Of a DNA stretch of 64,000 nucleotides, positions 45,512-53,480 are shown piece by piece. Position numbers and translations under genes: made by a program. The stretch spans positions 187,157 to 251,156 of the forward strand of contig MGCQ01000001.1 of the NCBI GenBank assembly GCA_001790445.1. Direction: 5' to 3'. A model generated the notes under the pieces. It saw only the letters and a list, made by a program, of their open reading frames with translations. It did not search any database and was not told where the DNA came from. Position 1 is the stretch's first letter, and the number at the start of each line of letters is the position of its first letter. The stretch comes from Candidatus Saccharibacteria bacterium RIFCSPHIGHO2_12_FULL_41_12. Lineage in GTDB: Bacteria; Patescibacteriota; Saccharimonadia; Saccharimonadales; 2-12-FULL-41-12.

Positions 45512-46264
45512 TTGGCTGTGAGGATATATGACAACAAGCTTAACACCGTGGAAGAACGTGTATTGAATGAGTCTGCCCTTAGGGATAATTCTTACCCTGG
45601 CAGAGGAATAATTATGGGGATTAATAGTAGTGGCACACATTTTGTGCAGGTCTATTGGTTGATGGGAAGAAGTGAAAATTCACGAAATCGTATTTTTGTG
45701 GTTGAAAATAATACATTGAGAACTAGAGCTTATGACCCAAGCAAAGTTGAAGACCCCAGCTTGATCATCTATGACGCTATGGTCGAGATCGACAATATGC
45801 ATATCGTCAGTAACGGCGACCAGACATCTACCATTGCAAATTTGTTGGATCAAGGAAAAACATTCGAGGAAGCCCTGACGGCTAGAACTTATGAACCCGA
45901 TGCGCCGCACTTTACGCCAAGAATTTCTGGAGTTTATGCTACATGTGGAACTGCCAAACTATCTATAATTCGGAAAAATAATGAGAAAACTGACCACAAA
46001 ACCTTTAATATTGATCTACAAAACACCGTACCCGGAGAAGGATTTTGTCTCCATACATACAAATCAGATGGCAATCCCTTGCCATCCTTTGACGGAGACC
46101 CCCTAGTTGTTGGTCTGCTTGAATCCGCAGAGGAGACAGCAAATAAATTCTGGGGTTTGCTTAATGAAGATAATCGGATAAGCATCGGGGTAAAGTTTAT
46201 TCCTCTCGATGGCGGAGACCCAGAATTTAACATTATTAACAAGAACGGAGACAGACAGAAGTGA
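45512..46264 (+). CDS. purO: IMP cyclohydrolase, archaeal PurO-like
   Basis: 250 aa. YPGRGIIMG...GRSENSRNR and YEPDAPHFTPRISGV match my recollection of the PurO signatures (Y.GR...G, SRSFPNR, YE.D..TPRIAGV). TTG start has the SD AAGGA. The stop overlaps the next gene (GTGA). Confidence 0.6.
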   Translation: MAVRIYDNKLNTVEERVLNESALRDNSYPGRGIIMGINSSGTHFVQVYWLMGRSENSRNRIFVVENNTLRTRAYDPSKVEDPSLIIYDAMVEIDNMHIVSNGDQTSTIANLLDQGKTFEEALTARTYEPDAPHFTPRISGVYATCGTAKLSIIRKNNEKTDHKTFNIDLQNTVPGEGFCLHTYKSDGNPLPSFDGDPLVVGLLESAEETANKFWGLLNEDNRISIGVKFIPLDGGDPEFNIINKNGDRQK

Positions 46265-47304
46265 GCCAAAAATTATCAGAAATAGACATAACATATGGCG
46301 AAAACCCCCAGCAAAAATGCTACGGCATTGATATGGCGACTGGAGTCGCAAATGACCCACTCGCCATCGGTAATTTTGAGCTAACTCAGGGTGCAAATCC
46401 AAGTTTTTGTAATATAACAGATTTGGACAGAATGCTCCAAACAATCACTCACATCGCTGCTGTGTATTTTCTAAACACAGGCAAAACTCCACTGATTGCT
46501 ATCGGTGCAAAACACGGTAATGCCTGTGGTGTTAGTGTTAGCGAGAACTGGGAGCAAGCCGTTCATAACATGCTAAATGGTGATCTGCGGGCTATTTTTG
46601 GCGGATCGATAATGGTCAGCTTCCCCGTTGATGGCGAAATAGCTAACGAGCTAGTCACTTATAATTCAAAGTTTGGCAAAAGACTGCTGGATATGGTGGT
46701 GGCTCCGTTTTTTACTCCAGAAGCTCTAGAAGTTCTGCAAAGGAAAAATGGAAAACTCCGTCTTTTTGCTAACCCGGCGCTAGCTACATTGGATAAAAAT
46801 TCTCTTGACTGCCAAAAAAGAGACCGATACCTGCGTGGTGGACATATCACTCAGGATAATTACACAAATATTTTTGATTTTAAATCTCCCGCAGTAACCA
46901 AAAATGCTATCGAGATGTCTGAGGGGCAAAAGAGCTCACTCATGCTTGCTTGGGCAATCGCTGTGACCAGTAACAGCAACACAATTACATTGGTCAAAGA
47001 CAATATGCTTATCGGCAACGGCGTAGGACAGCAAGACCGAGTTTCTGCCGCAGAACTTGGCGTCAAAAGAGCTAGCGCCGCCGGACATGACACCAATGGA
47101 TCAGTGGCTTTTGGTGATAGTTTCTTCCCGTTCACGGACGGCCCAGAGGTCTTGGCAAAAGCTGGCGTTAGTGCAATACTCACCACTAATGGCTCCGTCA
47201 AAGACGCCGAAGTTGCGAAGTCTCTAACAGATAGAAATGTTGTCTTCTGGACTGTACCTGACAATGCTGGCTCCGACTCCGGGCGTGGCTTCTACGCCCA
47301 CTAA
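46261..47304 (+). CDS. purH: AICAR transformylase domain only (PurH C-terminal half, no MGS-like IMPCH domain)
   Basis: 347 aa with YGENPQQK, AKHGNACGV and GDSFFPFTDG motifs of the AICARFT domain. The length matches the transformylase half alone. Confidence 0.8.
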   Translation: MSQKLSEIDITYGENPQQKCYGIDMATGVANDPLAIGNFELTQGANPSFCNITDLDRMLQTITHIAAVYFLNTGKTPLIAIGAKHGNACGVSVSENWEQAVHNMLNGDLRAIFGGSIMVSFPVDGEIANELVTYNSKFGKRLLDMVVAPFFTPEALEVLQRKNGKLRLFANPALATLDKNSLDCQKRDRYLRGGHITQDNYTNIFDFKSPAVTKNAIEMSEGQKSSLMLAWAIAVTSNSNTITLVKDNMLIGNGVGQQDRVSAAELGVKRASAAGHDTNGSVAFGDSFFPFTDGPEVLAKAGVSAILTTNGSVKDAEVAKSLTDRNVVFWTVPDNAGSDSGRGFYAH

Positions 47305-47309
47305 GAAAC

Positions 47310-47421
47310 CTTAAGGAGGGGAAACCCAAAAAGGTTTTTCGCCTCCTTAGACTACGCTATCGCTCCGTGATCCTCCCTTTCCATAGTTAATAATTCTGAT
47401 GAGTAAATAATCAGAATTATT
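47310..47421 (+). repeat. Family-3 3'-flank structured element, copy G (downstream of purH)
   Basis: The SD/anti-SD-like hairpin spans 47310-47350 (cttaaggaggggaaaccc-aaaaa-ggtttttcgcctccttag). The conserved gatcctccctttccat occupies 47369-47384. The hairpin 47389-47400 / 47410-47421 follows. Confidence 0.65.
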
Positions 47422-47610
47422 GTGTTTAATTACTACTATAGGGTGTGGTTGATGTAGGCGATACAATTTTGAACAAGAATAATCAAATCGTCGTGACCAA
47501 ACATAAACTATACTCTAATAATTTACACGATCGTTTAAATTATTAGAATTGCTATTTTGATTAGATTACTGTGTTTTGTCTGGCAAGACTATTGAGTAAA
47601 GTCTGACTTA

Positions 47611-48690
47611 TTAACTTAAGTTTTGATTTATGTAGGCGGTGATGAAGTCGTCTATGTCACCGTCTAGGACTTTATCGGGGTCTGACGTCTCGTATTTTGT
47701 GCGTAAGTCTTTAACTTGTTTGTATGGATGTAAAACGTAACTTCTGATTTGGTTCCCCCACTCTGCTGAGACATTTGGGCCTTTAAGATCTTGAATCTTC
47801 TCTTTGTGTTGTTGGAGTTGCAAAGCGACAAGTTTAGAACGCAAAATAGACATGGCCGTTTCTTTGTTCTGGATCTGACTCCGCTCATTTTGAATGCTTA
47901 CAGTCAGTCCTGTCGGCAAGTGCGTGACCCGCACAGCCGAGTCGGTTGTATTGACGCTTTGTCCGCCATGCCCGCCTGCTCGAAACACATCAATTTTGAG
48001 ATCCTTTTCGTCAATTTGCAGTGCTTCAGGTTTATCAATCTTGGGCAAAATATCCACTTTGGCAAAACTGGTTTGACGTAAATTGTCTGCATTGAAAGGA
48101 CTGAGTCTAACGAGACGATGCACCCCTGCCTCGCCCTTTAGCTTTCCGTATAAATAATTACCACCTATGAGCTCTACCTGGACGCTTTTCAAACCTGCTT
48201 CTTCACCAGAGGATTCTTCTATAACAGATGACTTGATTCCGTTCTTCTCTGCCCAGCGCAGGTACATTCTGAGTAACATTTGTGTCCAATCTTGTGCATC
48301 AGTGCCTCCTGCTCCAGCGAAAATTTCTAGATATACATCCGCATCGTCATACGGCCCACTAAATGCCAGCTCAATCTTTTTAGATTCAAACCGCTCAGTA
48401 ATTTGTTCGAACTGAGATTCAATATCACCAGCTAGTGACGGATCATCCATCCCCGCCAATTCAACCAAATCTTTGCTGTCATTTTTAAGACTTTGCCACT
48501 CAGAAATCTTATTCTCAAGCTTTGAAATTTCCTGCATGACTCCACTTGCCCGACTAGAATCTTGCCAAAAGTCAGACTGCCCAGATTCTGTCTTTTTTTG
48601 TTCCAAAATATTGATATCTTTATCCACGCCTAGCTTCTGATAAGCCTGCTCAATGTCTTTTTGAAGTAGTTCTACTTGCTTTTTATCCAT
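47611..48690 (-). CDS. prfB: Peptide chain release factor 2 (uninterrupted, no programmed frameshift)
   Basis: 359 aa with the SPF tripeptide (RLSPFNA) and GGQ (GGHGGQSVN). A single continuous ORF runs from the N-terminus. Confidence 0.92.
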   Translation of the reverse strand: MDKKQVELLQKDIEQAYQKLGVDKDINILEQKKTESGQSDFWQDSSRASGVMQEISKLENKISEWQSLKNDSKDLVELAGMDDPSLAGDIESQFEQITERFESKKIELAFSGPYDDADVYLEIFAGAGGTDAQDWTQMLLRMYLRWAEKNGIKSSVIEESSGEEAGLKSVQVELIGGNYLYGKLKGEAGVHRLVRLSPFNADNLRQTSFAKVDILPKIDKPEALQIDEKDLKIDVFRAGGHGGQSVNTTDSAVRVTHLPTGLTVSIQNERSQIQNKETAMSILRSKLVALQLQQHKEKIQDLKGPNVSAEWGNQIRSYVLHPYKQVKDLRTKYETSDPDKVLDGDIDDFITAYINQNLS

Positions 48691-48709
48691 TATACTTACT
48701 TATATAGTA

Positions 48710-49996
48710 TCAGAATATCTGTTGGATTTTGGATTCGAGGTTTTTGACTAGTTCTTTGTCTGCAGTGCCCAAGAAACCTATGGACCAGGTTTTGTCTTTT
48801 AGAATCTTTCTAGCTACGCTCACGCACTGTTCTTTTGTCACGCCCTTGATAAGTTCAGGGATTTTGTCATATTTAATCACACTGTTTTCGTAGCAATATT
48901 TCCACGAATAGCTGTTGGCGATCGAACCAACTGTCTGTGCCCCACGCTGAAAACTACCAAGTGCGTACTCTTTTGCTTGCTCAATTTCCTCATCAGAGAT
49001 GTTGCCAGCTTCTATATCCTTGATCTCTTTGACAATAAGGTCAAATATTCCGCCGATGTTTTTACGGCTAATCTGCCCACCAAACCACCAAATAGAGAAG
49101 TCCTTGTTGTAAGCAACGTCAGAACTTAGGCTATAAGCCCAACCTCTCTCCCGGGCCTCCCCCAAAATCCTAGAATATAGTGTGCCAGTCAAAAGATGGT
49201 TAGTTGCGCCTAGAGCCCGTCTTTCTGATGGTTTTTTGATTGGTTTGTTGGCAATTATATCAATATAAAAATGAAGATTTTCAACAGTTTTATTTTCAAT
49301 CACAAGTGGGGTTTTTAGCATTTTTGGCATTTCATCAGGCAACTCAATTCTACCAATCTCTGACGCAAACTGTGCTTGATCTATCATATTTTTAATTTTC
49401 TTTTCTTTTCCGGGAGGAATGTTCCCTGCGACAATAAAACGCATATTGGAGGCACTGTGGGTCTTTTTGTAGTGATTGACAATGTCTTTCAACTCAATAT
49501 TTTTCATAAGCTCAATACGGTGTTTATCGGTCTCTGCACACAAACCATATTTTTTGCGCATGGCTAGGCTGAGCTGACGGAAATAATTATTATTGCGAGA
49601 GATCAACTCTTCTTCTACGTTGCCGTATTCGCCCTTATATTCTTGCTCCAAAAACTTTGGTTTGGTGATAGCAAGCAGTAGTAAATCAGTGATCCTCTCC
49701 CACTCAAAATCAGCACATTCTGCAACATAACTTATCCCGTATGCCCCTGTACTAGCATTACAGTAAGCACCGTTTTTCTCAAATTCCTGTTGAAAAAGCC
49801 TTGCTTTGGGATATTTATCATTGGCACCAAGAAGCATGTGCTCCATTAGGTGAGGAACTTCCCACTTTTTCTTTGATACTAAAAACTCACCAGCAATAAA
49901 TTGGAACTCCAATGTCATCACCTGGGCACCTGGTACATTGATTATTAGGCCTTTGGCCCCACCCCCCAGGCTAACTTTTTTTACTCTATGTTTCAC
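48710..49996 (-). CDS. M16-family zinc peptidase (pitrilysin/insulinase-like)
   Basis: 428 aa with the inverted zinc motif HLMEH. GTG start lies 3 nt after the stop of the small upstream ORF. Confidence 0.8.
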   Translation of the reverse strand: MKHRVKKVSLGGGAKGLIINVPGAQVMTLEFQFIAGEFLVSKKKWEVPHLMEHMLLGANDKYPKARLFQQEFEKNGAYCNASTGAYGISYVAECADFEWERITDLLLLAITKPKFLEQEYKGEYGNVEEELISRNNNYFRQLSLAMRKKYGLCAETDKHRIELMKNIELKDIVNHYKKTHSASNMRFIVAGNIPPGKEKKIKNMIDQAQFASEIGRIELPDEMPKMLKTPLVIENKTVENLHFYIDIIANKPIKKPSERRALGATNHLLTGTLYSRILGEARERGWAYSLSSDVAYNKDFSIWWFGGQISRKNIGGIFDLIVKEIKDIEAGNISDEEIEQAKEYALGSFQRGAQTVGSIANSYSWKYCYENSVIKYDKIPELIKGVTKEQCVSVARKILKDKTWSIGFLGTADKELVKNLESKIQQIF

Positions 49997-49999
49997 AAC

Positions 50000-50173
50000 C
50001 TATGCAACACACCTTTCTGCTAACTGGCAAAGCCAGCAATTCCAAAGGTATTCTTGACCAAAAACAGCTTTTTCTTTTGCGAGATTCACTCCACCGTACT
50101 TCAGGTACGGCTTGTTCCATTTCTCAAAGAGAAAAGCTGTTTTTAACTCAAGTGCAAAGGTTATGATTTTCAT
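50000..50173 (-). CDS. Small ORF (57 aa) inside family-2 structured element, overlapping the secA stop (TAATG) and ending 3 nt before the M16 start
   Basis: Manual translation gives MKIITFALELKTAFLFEKWNKPYLKYGGVNLAKEKAVFGQEYLWNCWLCQLAERCVA. It is a paralogue of 40097-40261 and below the track cutoff. Its coding status is uncertain. Confidence 0.45.
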   Translation of the reverse strand: MKIITFALELKTAFLFEKWNKPYLKYGGVNLAKEKAVFGQEYLWNCWLCQLAERCVA

Positions 50174-52773
50174 TATTTTCTTTTTCTAGCTTTACTTTTT
50201 CTGGTTCGTTCAGCTTTACGCGCCTTTTTCTTGTTCTTGACCTGCTTTTTGGTCGCAGATCTGTCAGATTTTTGTTTTATAGAAAAATCTTCTTCTGCAT
50301 AACTATCAGCATGGAGAATTCGATCGGCGTTATCAACAGAATGTTTAGCGGCTAGAGTTAGCTCTGTTTCTACTGGCTCAGTTTCTACATCTACTGCCTC
50401 AATCCTTAGAATTGTCTTTGCAAAGATACTCCTTAGGCTCAACTGCATATTTTCAAAAATCTTTTGTGATTGTTTACGGTATTCGACTAACGGATCCCTC
50501 TGAGCCACTCCAACCCAGTGAATTCCTTGCTTTAAATAATCCATGTTCTCAAGGTGCTCCATCCAATGCTCATCAAGTAACTGGAAATAAATATCTCTTT
50601 CGACTTTTCTAAAGGTTTCTTCGCCAAATTCCTTTTCTTTGGCTATATATAGCTTGTCTACCTCACGGATAAGTTCTTTTTCAAACTCCTTTGGAGTTAA
50701 GTCAAATAGCCTGTCAAGCACATTGTCATCAAGCGGGAAAATACTTCTCAAAAATTCTTCATAATCCTTTGTTGTGGCCATCGGTGAATTAGCCAAATCT
50801 TCCGCCTCTGTCTTCAAAAATTGCTTTACCCTAGGCGATATATCTGGATTGTGGAGAATTTCACGACGCATAGAATACGTTGCACGACGGTGGCGGTTCA
50901 TAACATCATCGTATTTAACGACGTTTTTACGCATGTCGAAGTTAAAGCCCTCGACCTTTTCCTGCGCGCCTTCAAGACTTTTAGAAATGGTTCTATTCTG
51001 CACCGGTGTAGTGTCGTCAACTTTGAGTCGATTCATCAGCCCTAGGATCTTGTCACCACCGAAGATTCGCATCAAATCATCTTCGCATGATACAAAGAAC
51101 TGAGTCTTTCCTGCGTCGCCCTGACGTCCAGAACGCCCTCGTAATTGATTATCTATTCGACGCGATTCGTGTCTTTCAGATCCCAGTACGAACAGCCCAC
51201 CAGCCTTTTTCGCGTCTTCGTCCAGAACTATGTCCGTCCCACGTCCAGCGATGTTAGTTGCCAGCGTTACCGCGCCCTTTTGCCCGGCTTTGGCGATAAT
51301 TGTTGCTTCCCGCTCGTTATTCTTGGCATTTAGAATTTGATGAGGAATTTTGGCCTCCGTCAAGAATTTGCTCAATGCCTCGTTTTTTTCGATTGATGCA
51401 GAACCAATCAGTACTGGTTGCCCCTTTTTATGCAATTCTTTGACTAGTTCGATTATAGATTTGAACTTGCCGATTTCGTTTTTGTAAATCTTGTCTGGCA
51501 TGTCTTCTCTAATCAGTTTTTTGTTGGACGGTATTTCTAGAACATCAAGCTTGTAAATCATGTGAAACTCTTCTGCTTCTGTTGCTGCAGTTCCTGTCAT
51601 ACCTGATAATTTCTCATAAAGACGGAAATAATTCTGGAACGTAATTGTTGCCAATGTCATGGACTCTTCCTGGATCTCTACGCCTTCTTTGGCCTCAATA
51701 GCTTGGTGCAGTCCCTCGTTATATCGACGACCTTTTAACAACCGGCCAGTGTGTTCATCGACAATAACAATTTCGCCGTCACCAGTAACAACATATTCTT
51801 TGTCGCGGTGAAACAATGCTTCTGCCTTGAGAGCTTGCTCCATGTGGTAGATACTACGGATATTTTCACTAGTATAAAAATGTTTTACCCCGAGGATTTT
51901 TTCTATCAGATCAACACCGTCATCATTAAGCGCTGTTTCTCGACGTTTTTCATCGACTTCATAGTGTTTGTCGCGCTCAAGTTGCCGAGCAATCCGAGCA
52001 AATTGCTCATATGCGGAGGAACTAGACTGAGATGATGACGAGATAATCAGAGGTGTTCGAGCCTCATCGATCAAAATTGAGTCAACCTCATCGACAATAG
52101 CGAAATTTAGCTCTCTTTGGCGAAGTTGTGACTCGTCACGCACCATATTATCGCGCAAGTAATCAAAACCATACTCGTTGTTCGTCCCATATGTTATGTC
52201 TGCACGGTAAGCCTCTTGACGAGTACACGATTTGAGCTTGCGCATTCGTGGATCATCGTGATCTTTGTTGTCATATGTGGAGTCATACATAAATGACTCC
52301 TCGGCGATAATAACACCGATGCTGAGCCCCAAGAAGTCATAAATTTGCCCCATCCAGCCGGCGTCACGTTGGGCTAGATATTCGTTGACGGTGACCACGT
52401 GCACACCTTTGCCAGTGAGTGCATTCAGATATACTGGCAATGTTGCTACTAAAGTTTTTCCCTCACCAGTTTTCATTTCTGCGACCGTGCCCTGGTGCAA
52501 AGCCATTCCGCCAACTAGCTGAACATCGAAATGTCGCATTTTCAACGTTCGCACAGAAGCCTCTCGCACCAGTGCAAAAGCATCCGGCAATATTTTGTCC
52601 AAAGATTCTTTTTCTAGGCGTTTTTTCAGGATTTCTGTTTGTTTTTTGAGCTCTTTGTCAGACATTGCCAGATATTTTGGTGCGAGCACGTTGATGTTTT
52701 TGACGCGTTTAGTCAGTTGTTTGACGCGCTTTACGCCCGGATCACCTAAAACTTTTTTCAATACCTTCTTCAC
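50173..52773 (-). CDS. secA: Preprotein translocase ATPase SecA
   Basis: 866 aa with Walker A MKTGEGKTL, DEAD-like motor motifs and a basic C-terminal tail. GTG start. Confidence 0.95.
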   Translation of the reverse strand: MKKVLKKVLGDPGVKRVKQLTKRVKNINVLAPKYLAMSDKELKKQTEILKKRLEKESLDKILPDAFALVREASVRTLKMRHFDVQLVGGMALHQGTVAEMKTGEGKTLVATLPVYLNALTGKGVHVVTVNEYLAQRDAGWMGQIYDFLGLSIGVIIAEESFMYDSTYDNKDHDDPRMRKLKSCTRQEAYRADITYGTNNEYGFDYLRDNMVRDESQLRQRELNFAIVDEVDSILIDEARTPLIISSSSQSSSSAYEQFARIARQLERDKHYEVDEKRRETALNDDGVDLIEKILGVKHFYTSENIRSIYHMEQALKAEALFHRDKEYVVTGDGEIVIVDEHTGRLLKGRRYNEGLHQAIEAKEGVEIQEESMTLATITFQNYFRLYEKLSGMTGTAATEAEEFHMIYKLDVLEIPSNKKLIREDMPDKIYKNEIGKFKSIIELVKELHKKGQPVLIGSASIEKNEALSKFLTEAKIPHQILNAKNNEREATIIAKAGQKGAVTLATNIAGRGTDIVLDEDAKKAGGLFVLGSERHESRRIDNQLRGRSGRQGDAGKTQFFVSCEDDLMRIFGGDKILGLMNRLKVDDTTPVQNRTISKSLEGAQEKVEGFNFDMRKNVVKYDDVMNRHRRATYSMRREILHNPDISPRVKQFLKTEAEDLANSPMATTKDYEEFLRSIFPLDDNVLDRLFDLTPKEFEKELIREVDKLYIAKEKEFGEETFRKVERDIYFQLLDEHWMEHLENMDYLKQGIHWVGVAQRDPLVEYRKQSQKIFENMQLSLRSIFAKTILRIEAVDVETEPVETELTLAAKHSVDNADRILHADSYAEEDFSIKQKSDRSATKKQVKNKKKARKAERTRKSKARKRK

Positions 52774-52914
52774 AGCAAAAACAATATCCCTATCTTAATC
52801 ATTTAGAGAACATTATACCCCTTTTGGCAGAGAATTAACACCCCAAATCGGTGTTTTTGCTTGCTTCATTTATTATTAAAATTCTCTGAGATTAGCAGAG
52901 AGCAAGGGTGAAAA

Positions 52915-53315
52915 TTATTCCGTGGTTATGCCTTCGAACTCCTCGTCTTTGGCTTCTGCCTCAGCTTTGGTGGCACGAACAATGCCGTCTTTGTGATGAG
53001 GCGGCGAGTAAATGGTATATAGTTTGAGGCTACTGGTATCCGACGTGTTGATCACATTGTGATTGGCGCCAGCGGGCACAACAACTGCGCTCCCATCGCT
53101 CACTTCGTAGGTAGTCCCGTCAATAATTACTTTGCCCTGACCCGAATCAATACGAAAAAACTGATCATTTTCTGTGTGAACTTCCCCATACCGATCTCCT
53201 CTGCAGGCGCGAGACTCATCAAAACAAGCTGACTGTGCTTGCCTGTGTAGAGCACCTTTCAAAAATTCTCATTCGCTATGGTGTCTTCTTCTATATTTGC
53301 TACAAAACCCTTCAT
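52915..53315 (-). pseudogene. Cupin-domain gene disrupted by an in-frame TGA and a 1-nt frameshift
   Basis: ATG 53315 has the SD AGGAG and reads MKGFVANIEEDTIANENF, then TGA (53259-53261), then KVLYTGKHSQLVLMSLAPAEEIGMG in the same frame. The reading frame then shifts at the C4 run 53184-53187. The track ORF 52915-53262 continues as ...EVHTENDQFFRIDSGQGKVIIDG..HN.... Confidence 0.6.
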
Positions 53316-53480
53316 GGTAACTCCTATATTTACTCGTGAGACTTCATTTGTCTCTATATATATTATACTCCCCGCTGACAAGAACTACAGCCGCGTATCC
53401 CACCTTCACCTCTGTTAAATATATTATTATTTACTAAAGCTGCTAAGTTACGAATATGGCGACACGTCTCGGGTAGTTCC

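Noticed and set aside
47310-47350. The family-3 hairpins immediately after stop codons could be classical intrinsic terminators.
   Set aside because: Neither copy is followed by a U-tract on the gene-sense strand (the following bases are ACTACGC and CCTCAGC). I therefore list them as repeats, not terminators. A terminator-like function without a U-tract remains possible.
47611-48690. Programmed +1 frameshift site expected in prfB.
   Set aside because: The RF2 ORF is continuous from Met1 (359 aa) with no early in-frame UGA, so this genome has the non-frameshifting form.
53259-53261. In-frame TGA in the cupin gene as evidence for an alternative genetic code (TGA=Gly/Trp, as in some CPR lineages or Mollicutes).
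   Set aside because: TGA clearly terminates other genes here (xseB at 30193-30195 and purO-like at 46262-46264, both with coupled overlaps). RF2, which reads UGA, is encoded intact (47611-48690). The same cupin gene also has a frameshift, so decay is more likely than recoding.
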